DNA of 64,000 bases, from positions 5,022,001 through 5,086,000 of the forward strand of contig CATNEN010000033.1 of NCBI GenBank assembly GCA_950097015.1, read 5' to 3'. The translations under genes and the position numbers were made by a program. The stretch comes from Macrostomum hystrix (Eukaryota; Animalia; Platyhelminthes). The notes beneath the pieces were generated by a model. The model saw only the letters and a list, made by a program, of their open reading frames with translations. It made no database searches and had not been told where the DNA came from. Of this stretch, positions 50,761-64,000 are shown piece after piece; positions within the stretch are counted from its first letter, which is position 1; each line of letters opens with the position of its first letter.

Positions 50761-52189
50761 TCAATTTCCCCTGTACCCGCTCTCGCAGCCTACAAGTTCC
50801 CAGTCGCTCATCATAAGAAGCGGTCTGTGTCCCACGCAGCCCTGTGTGCAGATTGCCAGTCTCTGTGTGCAGATTTCGCCCCCCCCCCTACTAAATGAAT
50901 TTTGGTCCAACTGGACCGGCCTGCTCTGAAATTGAAATCGCGTGAAGCTGTGCGCTGTGTAAATAGAGCGTCATTCATCAGCCATCCACCGTCATTCACC
51001 AATAATGCATTGTTGTTAGTAAATCGAGTGTTTTTTCTTTGTTCTCAGTTAGTTTTGCAATTGTCACTAACAGCAGATATCCTCTGCCCGTTTATCCCAG
51101 ATGCCGCAGCTCTGCTACAGGAAGATCATGAGTCCTTTTTTGATTGGATTTTGTCTGTTTGTCTCTGTCATTTTTTATACTCCTCCTAACCGAATGGGGC
51201 CGCCTGCTTAGAGTTATTGATTGACGACTTTTTAATTCGTCTCTTTTTTAGAGTCCTTGTTTGTGTCTTTGTACATGTACAATATTTTTTTAGTCTTTGT
51301 GTGTGCAATATACAAACAGCTTTTTTGTTTCAGCCTAACAGTTTCAGATTGCATGCTGATTGTGGCGTTTACCTGCATTGTCAAAGCTATGATAACAGAT
51401 CTCAGTGCTTGCGAATATGTGCAATAGGACAGCATGCCTAAACCAATATTTGTCCCTGCGCCAGCCCACCCCTCATTGCCTTCTTGCGAGTCGGCTATGT
51501 TCAATGACCCACCTGACCAGCTTTCCATCTGCTTGGCCTTTGCTAGGGCAGTTGCTTATGCATACACATTATGCACTCTGATATATTCTATCGATTATTT
51601 TTATTGTCGTTGATTCGTGTCCTTTTTACTGATCCTCAGATTAGAAACTCTGCTTTTGCTCTCCCTCCAGGCTCGCAATTTGACTCTCTTTGGTTCTCGT
51701 TGAAAGAAGAAATGCGTTTTTTCAATCTGATGAAAACTGATTTCTTGTTGTCTGGCAGCAGGCTTGCGTACAAGGCTAGCCACCCTACTACTTATGAGTA
51801 GTATAATCTAGCTTTGGGACCTTTATTAGCAAACAGAAATGGGAAAGTAGTTGTGCTCTTTTGTTTAGAATATAATTTTTATCGACGAAGTTTCAGCCAA
51901 AAGTTGCAAAATTGCGTCTTGCAAATAGCAAAGCGAATAACATTGCTGTCATTACATTACAGTAAATTGCAATATCAGTAATAGAAAACTAATAATAATA
52001 TTTGAATGTAACCATTGCGAACCAGCCCAGACTGCAAACACAACGAGCATTAGCGACCTAACAATAATCTATTAACTACTTGAGTATTGTAAAGTATTCT
52101 TCCTCATTTTGCGCCACACTAGCAAATACTTTTGAACCTTCGGAATATTTTTAAACTCTTCTATTTCTTATACACCTCTTAATGCCATC

Positions 52190-52600
52190 TCCCTGTTCTA
52201 TCTGCCCTATGCCATCCCCATACGGGATATGCCATCTCCCCTATGCCATCTCCCATATGCCATCTCCCCTATGCAATCTTCCCTATGCCATCTCCCATAT
52301 GCCATCTCCCCATTGCAATCTTCCCTATGCCATCTCCCATATGCCATCTCCCCTATGCAATCTTCCCTATGCCATCTCCCATATGCCATCTCCCCTATGC
52401 AATCTTCCCTATGCCAACTCCCATATGCCATCTCCCCTATTCAAACTTCCCTATGCCATCTCCCATATGCCATCTCCCCTATTCAATCTTCCCTATGCCA
52501 TCTCGCCTGTGCAATGTTCCCTTTGCCATCTCCCATATTCATTCTCCCCTATGCCATCTCCCTATGCCATCTCCATTTGGCCTATGCCATATCTGTATGC
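52190..52600. repeat. 42-bp (3x14) minisatellite built from ccctatgccatctc units
   Basis: Directly visible. Confidence 0.9.
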
Positions 52601-53110
52601 CATCTACTTCTATTTTTACCCAAGCCTCTCTCTCCTCTCATTTCCCTCGATCCCTCCCAGCCGCTGATTCAGCGCAGCAATATATTGTCGGGTCTGTTTA
52701 AGTTTTTTCTGTTTCGTTTTCGTTGTGTACAGTTTGTGTGCCTCACCTCTGTCGCTATTTTATCTGATTTAATAATTAATATATATCTATAATATATGTA
52801 TATGTATATATCAACTGGCAATGATATAGCTATATATTGTTATTGAATAAAAATAAATGTGTATCGCAAACCAGTCCTCCCCGCACCCGATTTTAGAAGC
52901 TTGTGGCTGCAAATCGCTTGGAAATAATTAATTCGACAATACTTTTTTAGCTCCTGATTTCTCACTCAGTCTTTTACTTGCTTGATTTGCTTGAGAAGCG
53001 CAGAAGTCAGTTAGATTGAGCAGAAGACTAATAGAATCGGGGGGTGCATGCGAACTTGGATACGACCCTCGGTGCGAGATTCGTCTGAGATTATAAGCGG
53101 CCGTCCATTG

Positions 53111-54050
53111 CTAGCCGTCGTTGGCGGCGGTTGCCGCAGTAGCGGCGATGAACCTCTCGCGCCGCATGCAGGAGCTGTCGGCGTGCTTGCTGAGGTAGCT
53201 CTTCAAGGCGAAGCGTTTGCCGCAGCGGCCGCACTGATGCGGCTTCTCCCTGGAGTGGGTCTGCACGTGCGCTCGCAGGTTGGACTTGTCGGCGAACGAC
53301 TTGCCGCACAGCTGGCACGGGAAGGGCCTCTCGCCAGTGTGGGTGCGCAGGTGACCTGCCGGGTGGAGCGTTATTGACTGCCAGTCACTGCAAAAGGCTC
53401 AAAGTTTCACATGTCACATCAGGTAATGAACTGTAGAATTCTTGTTTCCAACAGAGTTGAGTTGTGGGTATGATTCGGGCTGGCCTTGTCCATGGGCGCA
53501 AACATCATACATGCATGAGAATCACCTTGCAGCAGCCAGGGCCGGCTGAAGCGCTTGCCGCAGTAGCCGCAGACACAGCTGGCTGCAACGGACTCTGCAG
53601 GAGTCGCGCGGCCGGTCCTGCAGATGTTGCGTGATTTGCTGCTTCGGCTGCAGCTTCTTTGCAGACTCCTGGGGTCAAGCGGAGTGCGTAGGCATGAGGT
53701 CTGCAGCATTGGCAGAGCCGCTTGCGGCCTTATCATCGTCGTCAGCAGCGGCAGGGGTAGCGGAGGCAGCTTGAGCTCCCAGCTCGGGTCACGAGGAGGC
53801 CACAAAGCGAAGCGCGCGAATGCCGTCGCCGCAGCCGCTGCAGCGGCAGCCGAGGCGGTCATCGCTGCTGCAGCCACCGCCTCTGCCGGATGCGGCCTTG
53901 GTGGCCTTGCTAGCGGAGTTACCTGAACCGCTTGGTTGGTGGGAAGCAAAACCGGGAAATATGGTAGCTGCTGCTGGCACTGCTGCTGCTGCTGAGTGTA
54001 CTTCAGGCTCGGCACATTAGCTGCAAAATCGGCAGTGTGTCTGCGGTCAA
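53111..54050 (-). CDS. scrt: Scratch-like Snail-superfamily C2H2 zinc-finger transcription factor (5' end uncertain)
   Basis: Exon ending at 53526 (poly-Q, poly-[17 protein letters not shown]), phase-1 intron, then exon 53355-53111 ([47 protein letters not shown]). FALKSYL is Scratch-typical; Snail/Slug have FSRMSLL. Confidence 0.85.
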
Positions 54051-56444
54051 ATGCGCTTCCTAGGAGACTTCTCAAGTGTTGATGAATATTTTATTTCAAT
54101 TTCAAAACTATTGCTGAAGAAATCCGGTCGCAAAACTGAGCCCGTAAACCGATAAATGTACAATTTTGCTGCATACCAGCTGTTTGAACTGTGACTTTGT
54201 AGTTGCCGAGATTTTCGAGGAAACCCGGAATCGACTACTAAAACCTAAATGATCCCAAAAGCATGTTGCCAATGTTGCCAGTGGTGTTTTAATGGCATTA
54301 AATATAATATCGGAGCTGTGTTTCTACGAATATGGATAATTAAATGATTAGAAATTTTCTACTTTGTCATTTCCGTCTGACAGAGAGGAATTTACCGAAG
54401 GAAGTCGTGTAAATGTCGCGCACGGAGAAATCCTCAGTAAAATTCATGCAGCATTTGTTCACCCGACACTTTTGACCCTAATTCCAGATGCGGGATCTCA
54501 CGGATCAGTCGGATCTTTTCGCTTCACTCGCTGCGGAGTTCTCTGATTTTGCATAGGTCCAAGTTTCAAACCTTCATTGTTCTTTAGCCACCACCCGGCG
54601 TTTCCCACACTCGCACCTAGCGGTCACTGGCGCCAGCGGCCGCTGTCAGTTGCCTGTGATTTCTTTCAGCATGTCCGCTTCACCCCGCCCCGAATACGGC
54701 AACCTTCCGGTCCGATGGGCGCATCAATCAGGGTGCCGGTTAGTGTGCGCGGCATCGGGCCCGGAGCGCCTGTCGCCACCCGCTACCTAATCTCGAGATC
54801 CTAATTTTGATGCGACAAATTTCAAGGTAAAAAGGTTATAGGCCAGAATGAACAGAAGAAAATGGTTTCCCACTGACTGAAGGGTCCGTCTGTCGCCCTC
54901 AGCTAGCCGCCAGTTGCTGTCCAAGCCTTCTGTCATTCCGTCTCTATTGAGGGCGGCAAAACGCTGCGAGCCTTGGCCGGGCTCCAGAAACGGTGGGCCG
55001 CCAATCCCGCACACCATCTAGGCATCTAGGATCGGTGCTGGCTGAGAGTGTGTGAGATCGCAAGGAATCTCTGAGAGGAATGCCTGGAATCCTAGGTCTG
55101 CGGGCTCTCGCGCTGTTTGTTCCACGCCAGCGCGCTGTTTTTAAACAACAGGAGGCTAACGGGTGGGCCGGCAACCACCGAAACTGCCCGCTATCATTGC
55201 CCGCTTCAACTGGCTGCACCAGTAGTTGCACATTGCAGTTGTGTCTCTATCAGGACTTGCAGGCCTTCGAGCGTAATTTGGCCTGGTATCTCTCGAGGAC
55301 TCTTTAACTCCACATGACATCTGTTAGATCCTAAATTTAATCCACTGATCCTCAACATAGTCCTATCTTATGTACTAAATCAGATCCCAAACTAAATCCA
55401 TCAGACCTTAAGTTTATTTCATCAAATCATATATAAACTACTGTTTTCGACAATAACATCAGATGCTAAATTTAATTCATTAGATTTCAAATTTAATTCC
55501 TCAGACCCTAAAATTAATCTATCAGACCCAAATTTAGTCCACCAGACCGACGTTTAATCCATTAGCTCCTATACACTTATGTACTCCTACTTAATCTGAT
55601 CCTACATTTAATCCATCAGACCCAAAGAAAAGTTTCACCAGACCGAAGTTTAATCCATCAGTTCCTATTATACACTTATTTAGCTAATATATATACTACC
55701 TTTAATTCATCAGATCTTACGTAAATTTAATCCACCCTCGCTTAATCGTCTTGCCACATCCAATCTGACTGGTCGGGCATGAAGTTCAATAGATTGTTGA
55801 AGTTTAAGTCAAGTGCGCCAGACCCGTACAAAATCTAATTTGAAATGGGAAAATACTCACGAAATCCAGGCCCCAATAGATGAGAGATCAACAGAGGTGC
55901 GCCTCTCAGTCGGCAGTGCAGAGATTCCACTGCGGCGTCTTCCATTCTGCAGCAGTTGACAATATTAGAGATAGTAAATTTGAATCAGAATATTTTGAAT
56001 TTATGTCGCAGCTGCAAGCAGGCACGTCTTTTCTTTTTCATAAAGATACCTAAGTGTCGCTCGCGCCTATCGAATCGGAACCAATTGTAGGCGACGCGGA
56101 TGGGTAAGACACACTGATGGGCTGAATCGCTTGTCGGAACTGTGGTTGGGATAGAATGCGTGAGAAGTAGAGAAAGGATTGTGTTGCGGGCTAAGCAGTG
56201 CTTCAATATCTTCGACCTATGGTTGGTAAATTGCATTCACGACATGTTTTTTTAATCAGTCAAGGCAAACCGGCCAATGCTTATAAAGCAAATCTGTGAA
56301 ACATTTGTAATGAGATAACTATAGTCTTTCAGTGCTTCGGCATAAGATACGAGCGGTAAATTAGAGATTACACTTGACTGCTTTAAACTAAGTTGCACCG
56401 AGAAAATAAGATGCTAGCAGTATTGTTGATACATCATAAATCAA

Positions 56445-57665
56445 CACCCCCAAATCCATAATAGCACCCCCAAATCCTTAATAGCACCCCCAAATCCTTA
56501 ACAGCACCCCCAAATCCTTAATAGCACCCAAATCCATAATAGCACCCCCAAATCCTAAATAGCACCCAAATCCATAATAGCACCCCCAAATCCTTAATAG
56601 CACCCCCAAATCCTTAATAGCACCCAAATCCATAATAGCACACCCAAATCCTTAATAGCACCCCCAAATCCTTAATAGCACCCAAATGCTTAATAGCACC
56701 CAAATCCATAATAGCACACCCAAATCCTTAATAGCACCCAAATCCATAATAGCACCCAAATCCTTAATAGCACCCAAATCCATAATAGCACACCCAAATC
56801 CTTAATAGCACCCAAATCCATAATAGCACCCAAATCCATAATAGCACCCCAAATCCTTAATAGCACACCCAAATCCTTAATAGCACCCAAATCCATAATA
56901 GCACCCCAAATCAATAATAGCACCCCAAATCAATAATAGCACCCCAAATCAATAATAGCACCCCAAATCCATAGTAGCACCCCAAATCCTTAATAGCACC
57001 CCCAAATCCTTAATAGCACCCCCAAATCCTTAATAGCACCCCCAAATCCTTAATAGCACCCCCAAATCCTTAATAGCACCCCCAAATCCTTAATAGCACC
57101 CAAATCCATAATAGCACACCCAAATCCTTAATAGCACCCCAAATCCTTAATAGCACCCAAATGCTTAATAGCACCCAAATCCATAATAGCACACCCAAAT
57201 CCTTAATAGCACCCAAATCCATAATAGCACCCCAAATCAATAATAGCACCCCAAATCAATAATAGCACCCCAAATCCATAATAGCACCCCAAATCAATAA
57301 TAGCACCCCAAATCCATAGTAGCACCCCAAATCCTTAATAGCACCCCAAATCCATAATAGCGCCCCCAAATCCTTAATAGCACCCAAATTCATAATAGCA
57401 CCCAAATCCTTAATAGCACCCCAAATCCTTAATAGCACCCAAATTCATAATAGCACCCAAATCCTTAATAGCACCCCAAATCCTTAATTGCACCCAAATT
57501 CATAATAGTTTCCCCGAATCCATAATAGCACCCCAAATCAATAATAGCACCCCAAATCAATAATAGCACCCCAAATCAATAATAGCACCCCAAATCCTTA
57601 ATAGTGCCCCCGAATCCATAATAGCACACCCAAATCCATAATGGCACCCCAAATCCTTAATAGTG
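56445..57665. repeat. About 20-bp variable minisatellite (ccaaatccttaatagcacc)
   Basis: About 60 copies with variable C-run length. Confidence 0.95.
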
Positions 57666-57910
57666 CCCCTTTTGCCTGTCAAACCATGGTGGCGCTGAGA
57701 CACAGTCACTGTCCCAAAGAGTATAACTATACGCCCCTGATCATCATTCTGAGCTAGATTTTTCGGCAATGACTTTTGCAAATCGGCTACCCTGCAAAAC
57801 AATCACCGGCGATAGTACTGTATAAATCAAGTAATGTCATCTATTATAATCTTGTACGAGGTAGATGCAAGCAGATAAATAGGATAGCATTGCAGTTTGT
57901 GTCTGTACTA

Positions 57911-59391
57911 CACTCAGCAAAAACCGCCACGCTAGAGCGAGGGAAACGATTCATCTCAACTCACTACCACAAATGACGCAATGTGCACCTGAGAGAGAGG
58001 TGAAAAACCGCGAATGACGCAATGCACTCTGCTCACCCACCCCGACTCCGTAACCAGAGAAACGAGAGTCAAATTGGGGTGTGTTATTAAATAACAAATG
58101 TTGCTAGTACAAGTTGCTAGTGAGAACTCATACAAAACTGTCAATAGCGCGTGTAGCAACCACGAACCTCAACCAGAGCGGAAACTCGGCGTGGCATTCC
58201 CAAAATTAGGCGCCGCAAGAAATTCTGAGGTAGCTGCTGCCATGCATTGTCATCGCCTGGCGTAGCTCCGCAAGATTCTGGGGCGGGGGCATTTGACGCT
58301 GGATGGTGCGTTTCATGAAATCCCAGACATGCTCAATGGGATTCATGTCAGGTGATCGCGATGGCCACCTCAGAGTTCGCAAGTTCAGTTGCTCCTTCAG
58401 CTGAGCCACAGCGGCAGCTCGGTGCGGCGGGGCGTTGTTGTCCTGGAGAATGCAGTTCTGAACCCCGCCAAATTCAGCATTGACAAAAGGCAGAAGATGC
58501 ATTTGCAGTAAATTAGCGTAGACGCCTGCCGTTACATTTGAGTCCAGAAAGACAAGCTCCGTCTTGGCGTTCAACGTGATCCTCGCCCAAACATGCGCCG
58601 AGGCTGACTGTCCGTCGGTGGCTTGAACGTGCTGTTGCAGCATTTCCTGCCGCGGCTCTCGCCAAAAACGAACGCGACCGTCTGCCTGAAAGAGGCGGAA
58701 GCGGCTCTCATCAGTGAATACGACGCGTCGCCATTGCTGCTGCCTCCAGTGAATTCGCTGCATCGCCCACAGCTCTCGTGTGGCGCAGTGAGCAGGCGTC
58801 AGTCGGGGTCGCTTGCGCATCTTCCGGCAGCGCAGCCCAGCCGCCCAACTTCTCCGTCGAATTGTTTGGGCGCTCAAGATGTTCCCGCGCCTGCTTCTTT
58901 CACCCCAGATGAGTCGAAGCAATCTGGCAGGTAAGGTGGGGTTTCCCCTCACAATTCGCAGCAGTCGCCGATCAGCCTTGCTGTGCTGCGCAGATGACGG
59001 CGCTGGACTCCACGACTTGCGTGCGCGACACTGCCAGTGTCTCTGGACTTCTGCAGAAGGCTGCGAATCGTCGAACGTGATCTGCCGAATTGCCTGGCTA
59101 CTGCTCGGATGGACATTCCGGCCTCAAGCATGCCTATGGCTCGCCATCGTTCACCATCGGTCATGTGGCGGACCATTTTGGAGATAACGAGTAATACTGG
59201 TTACTCGTTAGCTGCATTTTGACTGAGTGTGCTAAATCATCCATTTTGAACTTCGCGATAACCCTTTACCTACCCCACTCTCCCACGGTAGCTCTCCTTG
59301 CAGTCAGGTGCACATTACGTAATTTGCGGCAGTAAGTTGAGATCAACCGTTCCCCTCGCTCTAGGGTGGCGGTTTTTAATGTTGATGAGTA
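57911..59391 (-). mobile_element. Tc1/mariner DNA transposon, decayed
   Basis: About 55-bp TIRs (cactcagc-aaaaaccgccacgctagagcgagggaaacg..; the right copy has a 6-bp insertion); TA at 57909-57910 and 59392-59393; internal transposase. Confidence 0.9.
58141..59176 (-). pseudogene. Tc1 (DD34E-type) transposase with two frameshifts and a D-to-N catalytic change
   Basis: N-terminal HTH (ERWRAIGMLEAGMSIRAVARQF), VVFTDES, LQDNNAPPH, WPSRSPDMNPIEHVW; the C-terminus AWQQLPQ..MPRRV..GCYTRY* is in another frame; shifts near 59000 and 58245. Confidence 0.88.
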
Positions 59392-61797
59392 TACTTTTAG
59401 CATAGCAATACAATGTGTATTCAAGGACAACTTTGGAACAACTTCGGTTGCAATCATTGTGTGCATTGCCATAACTGCAAGTCGTAAAACCAGTTGAGCT
59501 AATTGCAGAATTTGCAAGGTTTTGGTTTTGTTTTTTTCGTTATATATTACAGATTACTACTGAAACTTTAAGTAGAGTGACGCAAATGTTTTTCATAAGA
59601 AAATGTGTTTTTCGGTCAAGCACAGCGAATGAGTGAAGGCATGCAATTGCAAACAGCAACACTGTGGATGGACGATATGGGCCACTCAATAGCTAAAACA
59701 GGCAGACACAACAGCTTCAATTCGACAATTTATTCAGCTTTCTAATCTAATTTATTTCCTTAGAACATAGTTCAGCGAAATTGAGTTTTTTCTTTAAGAA
59801 GACCTGCCGAACTGTAACTGCCCAATTCTACCCAGTGTGTGTAGAACAGCCAATAAGAATAAGTGGTCCGGAAGATGGGATTCTGAAACCGGGTAGTTTT
59901 CTCTCCAGTTTCTAAATATAAGGACTGATAAAGTACTCGACCGAGCACGAGAGCGTGGTGAGGTGATTGGTCAATAATTAGTGTAAAGCGCCGGTTTTAA
60001 AGCAGCAGAAAAGTATATTTAAATCTGAATGAAAACTTGAAAGTGAATCGAATTATAGTGCATTTGAATCATCATCTCTCAGTCACCTCACAGTCCTAGA
60101 ACTGTGAAACGTGGTTGTACTTTCGGAATTCAGCACTTACGAAGGTAACAAAATGTAAAAAAACAGCGCCGATGAAGTGTCTGCCAAGTTGATAAAGTAA
60201 ATTCCATAAAATATGTATTTCGAAATCTAAAGCGAAATGTATACATTCAAGCCAGCTCTGGAAATCAAGAGCTTTTAAAGTTTTGATTGCGATTGTGACT
60301 ATGACTGTGATCTGGGAAACGCCGAAAATAAATACGAGTACGGGCTCGTAAATATAGCCCGTGCAGTGCACTGGCTGCAAAGAATGAATTTTAACTTTCA
60401 CGATGCCTATTCAAGCTTGTTTACGACAGTAATTTTCTCACTGCAAAGTGCACACTCGGCCATAGCATGAGCCACAGCCTAGCGTGAACCTCCAAAGACC
60501 CCAAAATACGCCCATCAGTCTGGAGGGGGGTTGGGTCTGGGTCGGGGTAGAGCAGAACTTTATCGATCCATAAAAACTGGGGGGGTTTAAAATACACTAT
60601 CCAGTCTAGCCTACAACTCACCCCTCTTTTAATCCTCACCCCTCCTCTCCTGTTCAAACCTCTATCTTTTCCTATTGGCTTCTATTTGAACGGGTTGGGC
60701 GTGAGGGCCAACATCGATCGGTCGCGATTTGCTCTCTAGAATTAAAAGGAAACAAGCAGTGCTTCCTTAGAGCTATTTGCTTACTTACGAACCGTTCAAG
60801 GCCGCCCTTAGCAGTGAGATAGGAGTAAAAATCGTGCAGTGCTAGCAGGAGCCAGCCTATTTTTTGTTTTGCTCGGTCATGATTTCTGGCATCTGTTCCC
60901 TCTTTGAACCATTTTGGCAGATAATTGGCGAGCTTTCTTAGCTGTTCGCTCCTAAAATTTACATAAATTTTTATCCGACTTTCAGAATCAGACTGCAGTG
61001 CGTATTAATGAAAAATCTGCATGAAATGTGTTTAGTTAGCTACCCAGCGAACGAACGGGAAATAGTGTTGAAAACTCAATTGGCTTAGGTTAATCCTCAA
61101 TTATGATAACCCTCTCTGCATCTCTGCATTGACCCAGGTCACTCGATTCAGCTCAGTCAAAGATCTAAGCAAGGCTTCCAAACACAGCCCACGGGCAACT
61201 GCTAGATCGAGCTGTCCTCACAATATTTAACCAAAGTCAACAACGTTCAAATAATAAACGGTAAGTTAATTGTATCTGCTCATCTGTTAGTCGATACAAT
61301 CTAATATGTTAGTTATGTTTTGTTATTATTAATGGCACTTAGATTTCACAATTATGTTAGTTATAATAATTAGATAGATGGTATAAAGTCGCTAGGTGTT
61401 GGCAGATGAAATTAAAAATTAAAATGAGACTATAAATACGAAATATAGTATCTAGTATAACGGCAAGTTTTTGTAATTAGTTATTTAACAGCTGAATGCA
61501 AACGAAACGGCATTCTTTTCGAATTGTTCGTTAAACTGTTTTTGTGAGAATTTATGTTTCAAATTGATGCGAAAACATTGGGAAATCATTTTGAAAAAAT
61601 GGGAAACAATTAAACAATCGGAAACAATTATATAATAAGAAAATTTTCCAGGGGTTGTTAAGGAATGAATAACTCACTGGCTATGTTGAGGTTTCCTTTG
61701 CGATATTATTTTTCAAATGGATTTGAATTCGCGTATCCACGGAGATGATTAATATGACGTAATATCAACGATAAACAACGATAAACAACGATAACGA

Positions 61798-62700
61798 TGT
61801 AACTAAGTCGCTAGAGCGAGAAGCAGAAGGGAACGCAAGAAGGTGAATATATTTGCGAGGGGCTGGGCCTCGCGCACTTGTTAAGTGGGGTACAGAAAAG
61901 TCTATGGCTGCTTAAGCAGCGGCATCGGTCAGAACAGTCTATGGCTGCTTAAGCAGCGGCATCGGTCAACTAACAACAAAGATAGTTTAAGTACGAGTAC
62001 AACATTTCTCCCTGATCTCAAGATCAAAAGAGATTAAGCTTCGTAGCGGACTGGTGCCGACCTCTCGCGACTTGACCGCCGGGGTTCGCCGTTCCGCTCA
62101 ACGGCTCGCTCTACTCCAGGCGGCTGTGGTTGCGAGCCTGGGGCCGGCCGGACGTCAGCAATGTGACGGGGAAGCCCATCGACCTCCACTGTAGCCCCTT
62201 GTCTCTGGCCTGTCACGCGCCCCCTTGGCCACTCGTCGGTACACCTGACTGCCGGCGGCTTGACGAACACTTCCGTTCCGACCGGCAGGGCAGGGTTTGA
62301 CTCCAGTGTCTCAGAGGCCTCGGGGAGAGCCAACATGGGCGGTTTCCAGTCGTAAGTGCTGAGCATTCTGCTGGGCACGCTGCACTCCCGAGTACCATCC
62401 TTCGGAGCCATGTTGTACCAGAATACCATGTCCAGCACGTCCTTGCCGGTTCTGGATGCCATCCGCTTGATCGTCCGATGATTTCGCTCGACTATCCCGT
62501 TGGCCGACGGCCGGTGAGCGCAGCGGAAGAGGAGTTGCACTCCCCATGCTTCGCAGAATGCACGCACCTCGGCAGAGCGGAAGGTCGCCGAGTTGTCCAG
62601 AAGCAGCTGCCAGGGTGGGCCCCGCTCTCGGAAGACTTGCACGAGTGTCCCTATGATCGAAGCTGTCCGCTCGTCTGGGAGTAAATCTTGGCTAACCCAG
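61798..62700 (-). mobile_element. Ty3/Gypsy LTR retrotransposon 3' fragment: integrase C-half, PPT and probable 3' LTR
   Basis: ORF 62642-62034: VFRERGPPWQLLLDNSATF..HRPSANGIVERNHRTIKRM..WYN..VGTEVFVKPP..W..GRV; purine-rich agatcagggagaaa (62018-62005) followed by TGTTG at 62004; candidate LTR end ..TTACA at 61798 (tentative); 33-bp internal duplication within the LTR. Confidence 0.85.
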
Positions 62701-62714
62701 CGTTTGAAAAATCA

Positions 62715-63275
62715 ACGTCAACTGGGGAGTCATCATCAAAATGGGGATCAAGGTGAACTGGGGGATAATCGTCAACTGGAGGATCTTTGTCAACTGGGGG
62801 ATCGTTGTGAACTGGGGGATCATTGTCAACTAGGGGGTAAATGGTCAACTGGGGGATAATTGTCAACTGAGGAATCATCATCAAATGGGGGATCATGGTC
62901 AACTTGGGGATCATTGTCAACTGGGTGATCATCATCAACTGGGGATCATCATCAACTGGGGGATCATCATCAACTGGGGGATCATTGTGAACTGGGGGAT
63001 AATTGTCAACTGGGGGATGATTGTCAACTGGGGATCATCATCAACTGTGGGATCATCATCAACTGGGGGATCATTGTCAACTGGGGGATCATTGTGAACT
63101 GGGGGATCTTTGTCAACTGGGGGATCATTGTCAACTGTGGGATCATTGTCAACTGGGGGATCATTGTCAACTGGGGGATCGTTGTCAACTGGGGGTTCAT
63201 TGTCAACTGGGGGATCATTGTCAACTGGGGGATCATTGTCAACTGGGGGTTCATTGTCAACTGGGGGTTCATTGT
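62715..63275. repeat. 18-bp minisatellite (tgggggatcattgtcaac)
   Basis: About 30 copies, abutting the truncated integrase. Confidence 0.95.
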
Positions 63276-64000
63276 AGCTTTAAAAAGCTGTAAATTCAGC
63301 TGCTAAAAAGTATATACTAGACGAATTAAAAGTATTTCTGCTCCCCGAAGGGGGGCAAAACTTGCTAGTCTAATATACTAAAATGAAATGGTTTGTTACT
63401 TGGTTGTAATTGATTTTATCCCGAACGGCTCAACCGATTTTCACCATTTCTTCACTAAAAGATGCCAAATATGGGGACACATATACACGTATTTTTATTA
63501 AGCTTAATTCCATTGCCAAGGGGATTAAATATTCGAAAAACTGTTTTAGATAGGATTTTTAATGCATTACATCAGAGCCAGTTTTGTCAACGTGCATACC
63601 ACTGCCAATTTAAATGATTGCATTAGGACCAGTTTTGTTAAAAGTGAGTACACTGATAATAATTTCACTGTGTCAACCCCACTGGCGAGACAGTCAGTGC
63701 GAATATATAAATAGATTACATCACAGCTTTTCTCACCCATGTCAGAATTTAACTGACTGCCGCTGAATTGGAATTGCATCGCAACTTGCGCAACACCCCC
63801 TAGCTGACTGAGTTAGAAGCCTGCACGATCTGGACAGAACCTAAGTGTACTCTATTTGTACAAAGCCAGAACTTTGAGAATTCATTTTATAAGGCTACCT
63901 TTTGCAATCCAATCCAAGTCGGAGTTGCCAATGTTCAGGCTCTAGGAATAGGTTAGGCTAGGCTAGGCGAAGTGTCCTTGGTTCGACTCTGCACTGCGTA

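Overview
This is eukaryotic (metazoan) genomic DNA, not prokaryotic. It has GC-rich exons with GT-AG introns, AT-rich spacers and about 20 different minisatellite arrays, many of them inside introns. That style resembles the flatworm Macrostomum, but this is inference, not a database match. Conserved genes, reconstructed by hand: ASPM/abnormal spindle (minus strand, runs off the left edge, one apparent homopolymer frameshift, EQERL repeat after the IQ motifs), an Id/extramacrochaetae HLH gene, phosphatidylserine decarboxylase (PISD), a GGA clathrin adaptor, DYRK1/minibrain kinase and a Scratch-like Snail-family zinc-finger gene. Mobile DNA: a tRNA-derived SINE family (one full-length copy with a 14-bp TSD), a CCC...GGG MITE, a decayed Tc1 transposon, a LINE 3' fragment and a truncated Ty3/Gypsy integrase plus LTR. 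The most unusual object is a convergent pair of intronless genes at 22.9-26.5 kb that I cannot assign to any family. Both encode signal-peptide proteins built from tryptophan-every-7-residues repeats (WNNGGNT/WNTAAGS and WNKDGDR), and both have the same TATTTATAT box upstream. Coordinates were counted manually; repeat boundaries are approximate.
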